Of a stretch of DNA of 64,000 bases, positions 1-10,686 are shown one piece after another (within the stretch, counting starts at the first letter, position 1; each line of letters begins with the position of its first letter). The stretch is from Halobacteriovoraceae bacterium. Its GTDB lineage: Bacteria; Bdellovibrionota; Bacteriovoracia; Bacteriovoracales; Bacteriovoracaceae. The position numbers were made by a program, and so were the translations under genes. Where the stretch lies: NCBI GenBank assembly GCA_002713145.1, contig PAVS01000017.1, positions 3,824 through 67,823 on the forward strand, given 5' to 3'. The notes beneath the pieces were generated by a model. It searched no databases, had not been told where the DNA came from, and worked only from the letters and a program-made list of their open reading frames with translations.

Positions 1-394
1 CAGTGCTACTTTTTACAATGACATTTTTAAGCATAAAACGAAAAACATAAAGCAAGTTCAGAACTTTTATAAAAGAGACACACTTATCATTACTCTTATC
101 CTTATGCTTATTGCGTTTATTGCTTCCAATAGCGAAGAGCTACTATTATTTGGCCTAAAAATTACATCATGGACAGCAGGATCTCTGCTTGCAGTATTTT
201 TCAGTGTTGTTATATTTAGATTTGCAAAACTGAGAACTTGGAATGTGGTGATGGCCTATATATTTGGTGCCCTCGGTGTTTATGCGAATACATTTCTCAT
301 CGAATGGGATTGGAATTTCAACGTCTATATCGGATTTAGCCTAGGCCTATTGGCCATATACATCACTGAGAAAATCTCAAGTAGAAATCACTGA
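1..394 (+). CDS. 3' end of a polytopic membrane protein, possibly a solute symporter-type transporter; the 5' end lies outside the window
   Basis: The frame of the 104..394 ORF stays open back to base 2 with no stop, so the gene is cut by the window edge. The tail has several helix-length hydrophobic segments ([62 protein letters not shown]). The family is a guess. Confidence 0.4.
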   Translation, partial: SATFYNDIFKHKTKNIKQVQNFYKRDTLIITLILMLIAFIASNSEELLLFGLKITSWTAGSLLAVFFSVVIFRFAKLRTWNVVMAYIFGALGVYANTFLIEWDWNFNVYIGFSLGLLAIYITEKISSRNH

Positions 395-2121
395 GACTGT
401 TCTGCTAATAACTCTTTGGGTACACCTTTAGGAATCGCCGCTAAGAGTTTTTTCGTGTATTCCTTTTTAGGATTGAGATAAACATCGTTCGCAGGATCAA
501 GCTCGACAAACTCACCTTGATTCATCACAGCCACTTCATCAGAGATAAAGTTAACCACAGAAAGATCGTGAGAGATAAAGATATAAGTGAGGCCAAACTC
601 AGCTTGTAAGTCTAATAAAAGATTGAGAACTTGCGCTTGAACTGACACATCAAGAGCAGAAACTGATTCATCACAAATGATAAACTCAGGGTTCACGGCC
701 AGTGCTCGAGCAATACATATTCTTTGCCTTTGTCCACCGGAGAATTCATGAGGATAGCGGGATAATTGATTACCACTTAGCCCAACTTTTTCCATGAGCC
801 ACTTTGCTTTTTCAATTCGCTCTGATTTATTAGCTCCGATATTATGCAAATTCATGGGTTCAAGTAAAATTTGTCCGATCGTCATTCTCGGATTGAGTGA
901 AGAGTATGGGTCTTGGAAAATGATTTGCATTTTCTTTCTCATATTTCTCAAGCCATCTTTATCAAGAGCTGTCACATCAACGCCATTATATTTCACCTGA
1001 CCACTGGTTGGCTCAATGAGCCTGAGGATAGAGCGACCCAAGGTGGTCTTTCCACATCCCGACTCTCCAACGAGTCCTAGAGTCATCCCCTTTCTGAGTT
1101 TAAAAGAAACTCCGTTCACGGCCCTAAAGTGATCCACCACTCGCCCAAAGATTCCACCTTTAATAGGGAAATGTACATGAAGATCATTCACTTCTAAAAG
1201 AACAGGATTTTTCTCTTCAGTGAACTCAAAAACTTTATCAACTTTAGTCAGTTTTTTTTCTTCAATTTTTATCTCATTTCCTTCTTTATCCATAAAGTCA
1301 CTTACCGTAAGTAAACGCTCAGGATTTTTATCTAAAGCAGGACGACACGCAAGTAAACCTTTCGTGTACGGATGGGTCGCATGAGTAAAGATTTTTTTAC
1401 ATGTATTTTGTTCCACAAGATTAGAACGGTACATGACGACGACATCATCTGCTATATCAGCAATAACTCCAAGGTCATGAGTAATAAAAAGCATACCCAT
1501 TTCATATCTGTCTTGAAGTTCAAACATAAGATCAAGAACTTGTTTTTGAATGGTCACGTCAAGAGCTGTTGTCGGCTCATCGCAGATAAGAAGTTTTGGC
1601 TCACAAGCAATAGCGATTGCGATCATCACTCTTTGCTTTTGCCCTCCACTCATTTCATGAGGATATTTATGAGCAGATCTTGCAGGGTCAGGAATCCCTA
1701 CTTGGTTAAGCAGTTCAACTGATCTCTCCCAGGCTTCTTTTTTATTCATACCTTTGTGAATTATGAGAGACTCTGATATTTGATCACCAACCTTAAAGAC
1801 AGGGTTGAGTGAAGTCATTGGCTCTTGAAAGATCATCGCAATATCGTTTCCGCGAATCTGACGCATTTTAGCTTCGCTAATTTTGGTAAGATCCTTACCA
1901 TCAAACATAATTTGTCCGCCAGAAATGATTCCAGGAGGATTAGGTATCAATCTCATCACAGCAAGAGAAGTAACTGATTTACCAGAGCCCGACTCACCTA
2001 CGAGGCCAACTGTTTTTCCCATGGGTACATCAAATGAAATCCCATTCACGGCACGAACAAGTCCCTCCGGGGTATGAAAATCAACTGTTAAATCTTTGAT
2101 ACTTAATAAAGAATCACTCAT
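388..2121 (-). CDS. Fused double ABC ATPase of a peptide (Opp/Dpp-type) transporter
   Basis: Two complete ABC cassettes are present: Walker A GESGSGKS and GESGCGKT, signatures MSGGQKQR and FSGGQRQR, Walker [13 protein letters not shown] and [12 protein letters not shown]. It is the last gene of a permease/SBP operon. Confidence 0.9.
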   Translation of the reverse strand: MSDSLLSIKDLTVDFHTPEGLVRAVNGISFDVPMGKTVGLVGESGSGKSVTSLAVMRLIPNPPGIISGGQIMFDGKDLTKISEAKMRQIRGNDIAMIFQEPMTSLNPVFKVGDQISESLIIHKGMNKKEAWERSVELLNQVGIPDPARSAHKYPHEMSGGQKQRVMIAIAIACEPKLLICDEPTTALDVTIQKQVLDLMFELQDRYEMGMLFITHDLGVIADIADDVVVMYRSNLVEQNTCKKIFTHATHPYTKGLLACRPALDKNPERLLTVSDFMDKEGNEIKIEEKKLTKVDKVFEFTEEKNPVLLEVNDLHVHFPIKGGIFGRVVDHFRAVNGVSFKLRKGMTLGLVGESGCGKTTLGRSILRLIEPTSGQVKYNGVDVTALDKDGLRNMRKKMQIIFQDPYSSLNPRMTIGQILLEPMNLHNIGANKSERIEKAKWLMEKVGLSGNQLSRYPHEFSGGQRQRICIARALAVNPEFIICDESVSALDVSVQAQVLNLLLDLQAEFGLTYIFISHDLSVVNFISDEVAVMNQGEFVELDPANDVYLNPKKEYTKKLLAAIPKGVPKELLAEQSQ

Positions 2122-2124
2122 GCT

Positions 2125-3042
2125 TTATTTTCCTTTAAGCTTAGGATCAAGTGCATCTCTTAATGCATCCCCTAAAATATTAAATGCTAATACAACGATA
2201 AACATGGCAACTGTCGCTCCTGCAAATTGCCACCACACCCCACGGGCCAATTCAAGCTTGGCATCATCAATCATAGTCCCCCAACTCGGTTGACCAGAAA
2301 CACCAATCCCTAAGAAAGATAAAATGACTTCGGCTTTAATAGCTATTTGAAATTGAAGTGAGGTTCTAATAATCACAATATGAGTTACATTGGGAAGAAT
2401 ATGTTTAAACAGACGAGTAAGCTTTCCTACGCCAATTGATTCTGCGGCTTGAACATACTCACGGTTTTTATGTTTCATGACTTCACCACGAATAAGTCGA
2501 CATAAGGCCACCCATGATGTTGCACCAAGAGCAATCCAAATTGAAGTTAAGCCTCGACCTAAAATCAGAGAAAAACTCATAAGAAGCATAATATAAGGAA
2601 TAGAAGAAAAGGTGGTATAAAGCCAGACAATAACTTCATCAACTTTACCACCGTAATAACCAGCGATAGCTCCTAGCCCCACACCGATAGGAATAGCAAT
2701 CAATGATGAAACTAACCCCACACTCATGGCCACTTGAGTTCCATGAATAATCTTAGACATAACAGAGCGGCCGAAGATATCAGTACCCATCCAAAATTCT
2801 GCTGAAGGTGGAGCATAACTTGGTCCCACTTCTTGACTCCAGTCCGCAGCGATTATACCAAAGGCACTTAAGAGCCCTATAACTGAATAGACTGCGACAA
2901 TGATCACTGAGGTCACTGCAACTTTATCTCGGCACAATCTGTACCAAGCATCGGCCCATAAAGAGCGATCTTTTATTTGAACATCTGTGTTTGAACTAGC
3001 TGAATTATCGACACTCATCTCACTTGTTGAACTTGTATTCAT
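2125..3042 (-). CDS. ABC peptide transporter permease (OppC/DppC-like)
   Basis: Polytopic membrane protein with the binding-protein-dependent permease EAA-type loop AAESIGVGKLTRLFKHILPN. Only 3 nt separate it from the downstream ATPase gene. Confidence 0.85.
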   Translation of the reverse strand: MNTSSTSEMSVDNSASSNTDVQIKDRSLWADAWYRLCRDKVAVTSVIIVAVYSVIGLLSAFGIIAADWSQEVGPSYAPPSAEFWMGTDIFGRSVMSKIIHGTQVAMSVGLVSSLIAIPIGVGLGAIAGYYGGKVDEVIVWLYTTFSSIPYIMLLMSFSLILGRGLTSIWIALGATSWVALCRLIRGEVMKHKNREYVQAAESIGVGKLTRLFKHILPNVTHIVIIRTSLQFQIAIKAEVILSFLGIGVSGQPSWGTMIDDAKLELARGVWWQFAGATVAMFIVVLAFNILGDALRDALDPKLKGK

Positions 3043-3049
3043 ATCTATC

Positions 3050-3994
3050 CTATTGCAACTTCACTCTAGGATCAACTACTGTATATATAACATCCTGCAA
3101 TAGTGTAAACAACACATAGGCAATGGCGGTTAATATGGTCATGGCTTTTAAGACCGGAAAATCGGAAGCGTTAATAGCATCTACGATGATGCTTCCCAAT
3201 CCAGGAATAGAGAAAAAACTCTCTAATAATAATGAGCCCATAATTAAAAAAGGAATCTGAACAACAGTGTAAGTGATGATCGGAATCATGGCATTTCTCA
3301 AGACATGCTTGAGCAGGATCACTTTCTCGCTCAAACCCTTGGCCCTCGCAGTCCTAACATAATCTTGGTAAATTTCATCCAAGATCAATGTTCTATAAAA
3401 CCTAATATCCGGTCCAAGAGTTAAAATCACCCAGATCAGAATAGGAAGTGATACGAAGTACATAAAGTTTGGAAAGCCGTATTCATAGCCTGAAATTTCA
3501 AATAATCCCCATTTAAATGCAAGTAAGTGTTGAAACATGAGGATATAGGCCAGGGAAGAGATACTCATCATGGCAATACAGGTAATACGAATCACCAGAT
3601 CAATCCCCTTTCCTCTATAATAAGCAACAATTAAAGCAAAAATGATACTGGTAAAAGTTGATATGATAAAAGCAGGAACAGTGAGAGTTAAAGAAGGGAT
3701 CGCCCCATTGATGATCATCGTGGAAATCTGTTGTTTGGTGGCCCAACTGCGACCAAAATCAAAAGTAAAAGCTGATTTCACCACATCAAAATACTGCATC
3801 AGCAACGACTTATTTAAACCTAGCTGATCTCTTAATTCTGCCATCTGTTCAGCAGAGGCATGTTTTCCCAATAAGATCGCTGTAGGATCTCCTGACACAA
3901 CATTAAAAAGAAAAAAGATAATAAAACAAACACCAAGAAGGACCGGTATCATGTACAAAGCCCTTCTGATAATATAACTCCAAGATGCGTTCAT
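3050..3994 (-). CDS. ABC peptide transporter permease (OppB/DppB-like)
   Basis: Contains the conserved loop ARAKGLSEKVILLKHVLRNAMIP typical of OppB/DppB permeases. It has about 6 hydrophobic helices and sits in operon position. Confidence 0.85.
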   Translation of the reverse strand: MNASWSYIIRRALYMIPVLLGVCFIIFFLFNVVSGDPTAILLGKHASAEQMAELRDQLGLNKSLLMQYFDVVKSAFTFDFGRSWATKQQISTMIINGAIPSLTLTVPAFIISTFTSIIFALIVAYYRGKGIDLVIRITCIAMMSISSLAYILMFQHLLAFKWGLFEISGYEYGFPNFMYFVSLPILIWVILTLGPDIRFYRTLILDEIYQDYVRTARAKGLSEKVILLKHVLRNAMIPIITYTVVQIPFLIMGSLLLESFFSIPGLGSIIVDAINASDFPVLKAMTILTAIAYVLFTLLQDVIYTVVDPRVKLQ

Positions 3995-3997
3995 AAA

Positions 3998-5794
3998 CTA
4001 TTCCGCAGAAGCTGTTTTATCAGCGTCTTGGTTGAGTACACCTGACTTAATCGTCTTTTCTTTTTGTTCCATATCCACATCATAATATTTTGCATGTCCA
4101 TGGTTAAAAGTTGAAAATTTGTAGTTCTTTAACCAAGAGTGTTTTGTAACAAACATGGTTCTATGAACGCCAAAGATAAGAGGAACTTGCTCTGAGACAT
4201 ACTGATTCAGTTTAGCGTATTTCGCTGCACGCTCAGGACTTGGTTGCATATTTTTGGCAGTAACAAATTCTTTATTGAACTTCTCATCATCATAGTTCCC
4301 ACCGTTTGGCCCTGGTGCAGAGTTTGGTCCCCATAATAATTGTAAAAAGTTTTCAGCATCCGGATAATCTCCGAGCCATGCCATACCAAACATTTGAACT
4401 TTTCTATTTTTAACTTTTTGCGTGAGTTGCGGCCAAGTGTTTGGATTAACTTTTATATTAATTCCAATTTTTTTCATGGCAGTTTGAAGAAAGTCGGCCA
4501 TTTGCCTGGCTTGTGAAGTTGAAGTGGTGTCATAAGTAATAGTAGGAAGACCTTTGCCTTCAGGGTAACCAGCTTCTGCTAACATCTTCTTCGCTTTTTC
4601 AAGATCATATTGCATATAAGGATTTTTGTATTTTTTATCATAACCAGCAATTCCTGGGGGAATGATTCCTTGAGCAAGAACTCCAGTGCTATTGTAAAAA
4701 AGCTTGTTGGCTTCAGCATGATCATAAGCCATGGCCATAGCTCTTTTTAATTTCACATTATTTTTAAAAAGTGGGTCATCGTGATTAAAAGCGATATAGG
4801 TAATATCGAGATCTGGAACGGTCTCTAAAACAATACCTTTTTTAGCATAATCCGCAGTGATTCCTTTCCCAGGAACAACAACAGAATTAAAGTTATCTTT
4901 ATCAACTTCAGCGAAATCTAGATTCCCTTTTTTAAAGTTAAGCCATCTGGTTGAAGACTCAGTTTGGATTTCCACTAAAATCTCATCAACAAGAGGAAGC
5001 TTTTTTCCTGCAGGTTTTAAAAGTCCTGCTTCTTTATCTCCTTCTTCACCTTCGGAAGGATAAAAGACATCTCTATAATTAGGATTTTTAACATATTTAA
5101 TAGTATTTGATTGAGCATATGTCCCTGTCATAAACGCACCGGTTCCAACAGGGTTATTTAAAAATTCTTTTCCATACATCTCAACTGCTTCTCTAGGGAC
5201 TGCATAAGTATAAACCATGGCAAGAGAATATAAGAATTGAGGATATTCAGAAGTTAATTTAAATTGAAGAGTGTAATCATCCAGAGCTTTTAGTCCTTCG
5301 ATTTCATCATCATAATTTGCGACTTTACCGTTGTATTTATCTCTCCACTCATTGAGTCCTTTGATACGACCATCCAAAAGCCACCAACCAGTCGAGATAT
5401 TTCTCATATCGGCCATTCTTTTAATAGAGTAAACAAAGTCTGATGCTTTTAGCTCTCGCCCTTTTCCATCTTTAAAACATTTATTGTCATGAAACTTAAC
5501 ACCTTTTTTAATTTTAAAAGTATAAGTCAGACCATCTTCAGAAACCTCTGGCATACTTTCGGCTAAATTAGGTTGAAGGGTATAAGGTCTTTTTAGGTAA
5601 TGATATTCTAAGAGGCCTTCATAAACTCTTGCGATCTCTCTTGAAGAGTAAGTATCTCCTGCATTGACAGGATCAAGCCCTTTAACTTTTGCCATAGTGA
5701 CGACATTCAAAACTTTTTTATCAAAGTTCTGTTTTTTAGTACAACTCACAGCAAAGAGCGTAAGTAATAAAACACATACGTTTAATTTTAACAT
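3998..5794 (-). CDS. Family-5 extracellular solute-binding lipoprotein (OppA/DppA-like)
   Basis: Lipoprotein signal LLLTLFAVSC. The ~600 aa size and sequence style fit peptide/nickel SBPs. It is the first gene of the ABC operon, 3 nt from the permease gene. Confidence 0.85.
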   Translation of the reverse strand: MLKLNVCVLLLTLFAVSCTKKQNFDKKVLNVVTMAKVKGLDPVNAGDTYSSREIARVYEGLLEYHYLKRPYTLQPNLAESMPEVSEDGLTYTFKIKKGVKFHDNKCFKDGKGRELKASDFVYSIKRMADMRNISTGWWLLDGRIKGLNEWRDKYNGKVANYDDEIEGLKALDDYTLQFKLTSEYPQFLYSLAMVYTYAVPREAVEMYGKEFLNNPVGTGAFMTGTYAQSNTIKYVKNPNYRDVFYPSEGEEGDKEAGLLKPAGKKLPLVDEILVEIQTESSTRWLNFKKGNLDFAEVDKDNFNSVVVPGKGITADYAKKGIVLETVPDLDITYIAFNHDDPLFKNNVKLKRAMAMAYDHAEANKLFYNSTGVLAQGIIPPGIAGYDKKYKNPYMQYDLEKAKKMLAEAGYPEGKGLPTITYDTTSTSQARQMADFLQTAMKKIGINIKVNPNTWPQLTQKVKNRKVQMFGMAWLGDYPDAENFLQLLWGPNSAPGPNGGNYDDEKFNKEFVTAKNMQPSPERAAKYAKLNQYVSEQVPLIFGVHRTMFVTKHSWLKNYKFSTFNHGHAKYYDVDMEQKEKTIKSGVLNQDADKTASAE

Positions 5795-5902
5795 CTAAAA
5801 GTCCCCTTTTTAGTATTTTTAAAATTTGTAACCAATCCTAATTTCTTTGACAACTAGTGCAATTTGGCACTGCTATTTACTCAAGTTTTTGGTGTCAAAA
5901 TG

Positions 5903-6487
5903 TCATTTATTAAAACATTTTCTAACAACAAATTCCATTTTATAACTCTGATTTTTTTTTGATTGATACCCTATCACCATTTTCTTAAAATAACCTTCTG
6001 CATCAAGGGCATTAAATGAAAGCTGAGCACTCTGATTTTTATTCGTCGCATACAAAGTGTTCTTTTTAATGGTCCAGTTAAAGTTAAGTTTATTCTCATT
6101 TTGATTTTGAAGCTGAACTAAATCTTGTAGATAATGAACAATGACTTCAGTAAATTTATCCAACTCCATAGGGTCGATATTTTTATTTTCTCTTAAGATT
6201 TTTTGATCAATGGAAGAGTTAAACTTAAATTCCTTATTCTCACTCCAATCGATTTCAAATATCTCTGTGGGATGAAGGGGAAAGTCTAGTTCAAGTGACC
6301 ACTTGTGCTGCTCTCTATCCATCAAACTATCATAGCCAAAAACATACTTGCGGCCATTTACAACTAGTCGACCATTCCCTTCACTATTCATACAAATTTT
6401 TTGGGATTCTTTATTGATATTAGAGCTTAGGGTGTAGGTAGCACACCCTACTAAAAAGATGAGACACGATGTCAGTAGAAGTTTCAT
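5903..6487 (-). CDS. Small lipoprotein, hypothetical (possibly LolB-like by size and context)
   Basis: Lipobox LIFLVGCATY, 194 aa. It lies immediately downstream of a TPR lipoprotein gene, an arrangement seen for lolB in several proteobacteria. No diagnostic motif was recognised. Confidence 0.5.
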   Translation of the reverse strand: MKLLLTSCLIFLVGCATYTLSSNINKESQKICMNSEGNGRLVVNGRKYVFGYDSLMDREQHKWSLELDFPLHPTEIFEIDWSENKEFKFNSSIDQKILRENKNIDPMELDKFTEVIVHYLQDLVQLQNQNENKLNFNWTIKKNTLYATNKNQSAQLSFNALDAEGYFKKMVIGYQSKKNQSYKMEFVVRKCFNK

Positions 6488-6522
6488 TCACATATTCTGT
6501 CTTTAAATGAAATAGATTGCAA

Positions 6523-8394
6523 TTAATTTTGTGGCACTATTTCTTTAAATGATGCAGGGATACGATCCTGTTCTAGCTCTTTAAGGACTGAGTTCAACTC
6601 TGCCACTTCTTTAGTACTTGAAGCTTCCTTGAGGGCTTTTTTGATATAAAATTTTGCCTTAGTAAAATCTTTTTTACTGCTATGAACAACAGCAAGATGC
6701 TTATTAATAGAGACATCGTGAGGAACTGACTTGATAGCCGCATTCAACTCAACGAGGGCCTTATCGATATGACCTCTTTTATAATAATACCAACCAAGTG
6801 AGTCTCTTATATAACCATCTTCAGGACTAAGAGTTATGGCGCGTTGTAAATATTCGTAAGCGTCATCTAATTCAACCCCTCTCTCTACTAATGAGTAACC
6901 CAAGAAATTCCAGGCATGAGCGTTTTTAGGATTGTATTCAATGATTTGTTCTATAATTTCGGTTGATTTGTTAAAAGCTTTCTCTTTTTCATAAAGAGTT
7001 GCAAGATAAAACTTATGATCGTCATTAAACGATTTATTCCCTCTCACCACTTCAAGCACATCAATAGCCTCATCGTTATCATCTAAAGTTTCAAAGTAGC
7101 TGGCCTTAATAACGCTAAACTCCACGGTGAAGGTTTTAAGCTCCTCAATTTTTTGATCTATATAATCAACGAACTTATCATGTTGATCTCCTCTGGATTG
7201 ATCATTATTAAACTCATTTACCGCTAGTTTCGAGAGCATTTGTGCTATTTGCAATGAACTGTCTTGGTAAAGACCACTTTTTTCATCAATCTTGGCAAAG
7301 TACTCAATCGAATTATCATAAGATTTCATTTCTTGGTAAATAGCTCCAAGATAGTAGAGGATCTTGTCATTATCTGGGGCGTGGACCAGTAGATTCTTAA
7401 AGGTCCTAATCGCTTTTTCATATTCTTGGATGTCTGTGTAAAGAATCCCTAGTTTAACTCTAAGATTGAGATTATCTGGTTCATAATCACTAAGCATCTC
7501 AGCATACTGAATAACTTCAGTGAACTCTTCTTGTGTAAACATAAGTTGCACAAGTCTGGAAAGAACCATGGTGTCTTGAGGTTTCGATTTTAAATATTTC
7601 TTATAAGTTTTTTTAGCTTGAGTGAATCGACCGAGTTCTTCATAAATAAGCCCAAGAGCTAAAATTCCTTGAGAAAAGTCAGGCTGAAGCTTAACCGATT
7701 TCTCAAAATACGTTTTAGCGGAAGTGTATTTTTTCGACTCGACAAATATTTTTCCAATATAATAGGAATAGATTCCTTTTCCTTTATTATCCTTTTCACA
7801 TTTTTTTAATAAGGTGATGGCTTTCGACGTTTTTTTCTCTAGAGCATAAGACTTACTAAGAAAGATACATGCTTCTTCACTTTTCGGATGAGCTTTAAGC
7901 ACTGCTTGGTAAGTTTTTCTAGAATCTTGGATTTCCCCTAAGCTTCCATAAACACCGGCAAGAACCAATCCAATTCTTTCATCTTTATTTTTAGAATGAG
8001 CAAAGACCTCTTCTAGTAGAGTTTTTGCTTCCTCTAACTCCCCTGTGCGAATAAGGCTAATAGCATATTTTTGTTTAATAAAATCATCTTTTGGATCCAA
8101 CGATATAAGGTGCTTAAAAATAACATTGGCCGTTTGATAATCTCCTTCCATAATGGCAGCGGAGGCTTTGAGGTACATGTCATTGGCCAAGAACCTCACC
8201 TTATCCGGTCCTTGAGCTTTTGCCGCAATAGATAGCTCTTCTAATCGCTGAGAAACTCTTGCGACAGCTTCTTTATTCATCTGCTCAATTTCAGCATCAC
8301 TGAGATTTTTCTGGGATGACGCTTCTTTTTGGGGTGAACTTGCACACCCTATCAGTATGATTGTGGTGATGAATAAGCTAAACCATTTTGACAT
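6523..8394 (-). CDS. Large TPR-repeat lipoprotein
   Basis: Lipobox IILIGCASS. There are many 34-aa TPR-style repeats with A/Y/L spacing (for example YYLGAIYQEMKSYDNSIEYFAKI and WNFLGYSLVERGVELDDAYEYLQRAITLSP). Confidence 0.8.
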   Translation of the reverse strand: MSKWFSLFITTIILIGCASSPQKEASSQKNLSDAEIEQMNKEAVARVSQRLEELSIAAKAQGPDKVRFLANDMYLKASAAIMEGDYQTANVIFKHLISLDPKDDFIKQKYAISLIRTGELEEAKTLLEEVFAHSKNKDERIGLVLAGVYGSLGEIQDSRKTYQAVLKAHPKSEEACIFLSKSYALEKKTSKAITLLKKCEKDNKGKGIYSYYIGKIFVESKKYTSAKTYFEKSVKLQPDFSQGILALGLIYEELGRFTQAKKTYKKYLKSKPQDTMVLSRLVQLMFTQEEFTEVIQYAEMLSDYEPDNLNLRVKLGILYTDIQEYEKAIRTFKNLLVHAPDNDKILYYLGAIYQEMKSYDNSIEYFAKIDEKSGLYQDSSLQIAQMLSKLAVNEFNNDQSRGDQHDKFVDYIDQKIEELKTFTVEFSVIKASYFETLDDNDEAIDVLEVVRGNKSFNDDHKFYLATLYEKEKAFNKSTEIIEQIIEYNPKNAHAWNFLGYSLVERGVELDDAYEYLQRAITLSPEDGYIRDSLGWYYYKRGHIDKALVELNAAIKSVPHDVSINKHLAVVHSSKKDFTKAKFYIKKALKEASSTKEVAELNSVLKELEQDRIPASFKEIVPQN

Positions 8395-8784
8395 TACTTA
8401 AGTCCTTGAAATTGTTTACAAAACTAGTGAACTAGCTTTTAGGACTTATCGGTCTGGGAAATAATTAATCAATAAATATCTCTTTATATACTCTGCATAA
8501 GCAGAATTTTCCGCGATGATTCATATCACCTAAACTACTGAAAATACTACACACGTAAATAAGAATTTTTTTGCGCAATGAGTAAAAACTACTGGTTTTT
8601 GGACTTTTTTCGCTATATTTCATTTTTTTTGACCAAACGAGTTGACATTTTTCGGTTTTGACATGTATGTAGAGGTCACAAAAAATAGTTGAGCACTGGC
8701 GTTATTTAGTCGCGCCGAAGCAAAACAAAATAAATATAGCATCCGTCTAAAACTGGATGTTTTTAGAAATAGGGGAATACTGAT

Positions 8785-9222
8785 ATGAAAGATGTTAGAA
8801 TTATCAAAAGGTACCAAAACAGAAAACTGTATGACACGTTTCAGTCTTGCTACGTAACACTTGAAGAAATCTCTCAAATTATTAGAGAAGGTAATGAAAT
8901 TCAAGTTATCGACAACAAAACTAAAAATGACATTACTTATATGACTCAGCTTCAACTTCTTGCTGATCAAGAAAGAAAATCTCTTAAGCCTGGGGACACT
9001 GAGCTTTTAAAGAGAGTTATTAGAGCTGAAGAAGGTACTCTAACTGGTTACATCAGAATGTTAGAAGCTCAGCTTAACCTTAACTACCCAACTTCTGTTG
9101 CTAACAATGAAGCTAACGCTCCAATGACAGAAGAGAAAAAAGAAGAAACAAATATGCCTGGTTTTATGAATAACAATGTTAACTTAAATAACGTTGAACC
9201 AAGCTCGACAACTTTAAACTAA
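8785..9222 (+). CDS. phaR: PhaR-like (polyhydroxyalkanoate synthesis repressor family) DNA-binding protein
   Basis: The N-terminus IKRYQNRKLYDTFQSCYVTLEEISQIIREGNEIQVIDNKTKNDIT matches the conserved PhaR N-terminal domain pattern IKKYxNRRLYDTxxSxYVTLxD. An AGGGGA RBS precedes the ATG. Confidence 0.7.
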   Translation: MKDVRIIKRYQNRKLYDTFQSCYVTLEEISQIIREGNEIQVIDNKTKNDITYMTQLQLLADQERKSLKPGDTELLKRVIRAEEGTLTGYIRMLEAQLNLNYPTSVANNEANAPMTEEKKEETNMPGFMNNNVNLNNVEPSSTTLN

Positions 9223-9239
9223 TTTACTAAAATAATAAT

Positions 9240-9854
9240 ATGACAAATATTATTGCAAAGCTCATGGTCATCGCCATGAGCTTTTTATTTTCTACTCCAC
9301 TATTTGCTGATGAGGCCCAAAAAGAAGCGAAAGCTGCTGAAAAAACGGTCGTGACCAGCACTCAAAGAGAAATTCATAAGCACGCTATAGGAATTGGCCT
9401 AGGCCAGACATTTCTTATGGGACAATTTGAATCATTTGGTGATAATGGAATCACAGCTGATCTTCTTTATACCTACACTGCAAGCTACTCTTTTGACCTT
9501 CTAATCAATATTCATCAGTCAACGCATGAATACAGAGAGAAAAAAGTAACGCTTCGAGGCTATTCCATGGGAATAAAAGGGAGATCTTATGAGTTTGATT
9601 CATTTTCTCCTTTTATTTTGGGAGGATTAGGCTTTTACCTACCGCAAATCACAGAGAGTGATGGAGACACCTCAGAGTCAAAGTGGACCTTTGGTTTTAA
9701 CGCTGGTGGGGGTGTTGATCTTCGTCTAAACGACAAAGTTGTGACGGGTCTTTTAGCTCAATTTCACAAGCCTTTCGAGATAAAGCAAGATGAAACAAAA
9801 GATGTCTCAGGTTCTTATTTTAAACTTTTACTAACTGTAATGTATTTGTTTTAA
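9240..9854 (+). CDS. Small outer-membrane beta-barrel protein (OmpW/OmpA-barrel-like)
   Basis: Signal peptide MSFLFSTPLFADE, alternating hydrophobic beta-strand patterns, glycine-rich turns, and a C-terminal aromatic signature TVMYLF. Confidence 0.6.
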   Translation: MTNIIAKLMVIAMSFLFSTPLFADEAQKEAKAAEKTVVTSTQREIHKHAIGIGLGQTFLMGQFESFGDNGITADLLYTYTASYSFDLLINIHQSTHEYREKKVTLRGYSMGIKGRSYEFDSFSPFILGGLGFYLPQITESDGDTSESKWTFGFNAGGGVDLRLNDKVVTGLLAQFHKPFEIKQDETKDVSGSYFKLLLTVMYLF

Positions 9855-9867
9855 TCCTCTCCAGGAT

Positions 9868-10686
9868 ATGGACGCTTACAAAAGACTATATATTGTCACT
9901 GGAAAAGGTGGAGTTGGTAAAACTTTAAATGCTCTAAGCCTAACTTCTTATCTTCAATCCCAAAATAAAAAAGCTAAGCTTGTTTTCTTTTCTAACTCAA
10001 AATTAGACCCTAAAGCAGTTGAATACAGTGAAGTTAAATTATTAGCTGATCAGGCAAATATAGATTATCTGGGACTTGAGCTCATTGAATCTTGCCGACA
10101 ATATATTGCTTTAAAATTAAAGTCTCAAACCATAGCAAGCTGGGTCATCAAAACTCCTTTCTTTAAATCTCTGGTGAATATGATTCCTGGATTTAATTAT
10201 CTTATCTATATGGGGCAAATACTCGATGATCTTAGTTCTGATCCAGATCTCATCTATGTGTTAGACTCCCCTTCTTCTGGTCACGCCTTAACTATGTTTG
10301 AGGCGACTAAAAACTTCAATAAAATTTTTAGCAGTGGTGTTCTTTATAACGACACCCAAAAGATGTTGACCTATTTGAGAATGCCTCATTTTTTAAAAAT
10401 TATTATTCTCACTCTCCCCACTTCTTTGGCCATCAATGAAGCCATGGAACTAAAAGAAAATTTAAATAATTCTGAAAATTTTGATATAGATGTGGTCTGT
10501 AACAACACATTAATGAGCTTTCAATCAGAACAACTTCCTGCCCCCATCAGGCATAAAATTGAAAATGAAGCGAAAGCTCTAGAGCAACACAAGGAAACAA
10601 TTCAACAATGTATTCCATTTTCTTTGGGAAGTAACACCCAAGAACTTATAAAAGATCTGTCTCCTTCGATGACACAGTTAGTTTGA
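9868..10686 (+). CDS. ArsA/Get3-like P-loop ATPase, short paralogue
   Basis: Deviant Walker A GKGGVGKT at the N-terminus and an ArsA-type switch motif VLDSPSSGHALTMF (compare DTAPTGHTLRLL). The usual TDPAH motif was not seen. Confidence 0.7.
   Translation: MDAYKRLYIVTGKGGVGKTLNALSLTSYLQSQNKKAKLVFFSNSKLDPKAVEYSEVKLLADQANIDYLGLELIESCRQYIALKLKSQTIASWVIKTPFFKSLVNMIPGFNYLIYMGQILDDLSSDPDLIYVLDSPSSGHALTMFEATKNFNKIFSSGVLYNDTQKMLTYLRMPHFLKIIILTLPTSLAINEAMELKENLNNSENFDIDVVCNNTLMSFQSEQLPAPIRHKIENEAKALEQHKETIQQCIPFSLGSNTQELIKDLSPSMTQLV

Noticed and set aside
8739-8766. Short hairpin CATCC-N10-GGATG followed by TTTTT just upstream of the phaR-like start (possible attenuator)
   Set aside because: The stem is only 5 bp with a large loop. 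It is too weak to call as a terminator or attenuator from sequence alone.
8620-8970. 116-aa minus-strand ORF overlapping the phaR-like gene and its upstream region
   Set aside because: It overlaps a gene with clear family motifs and has no recognisable domain or RBS. Its composition is typical of antisense AT-rich frames.
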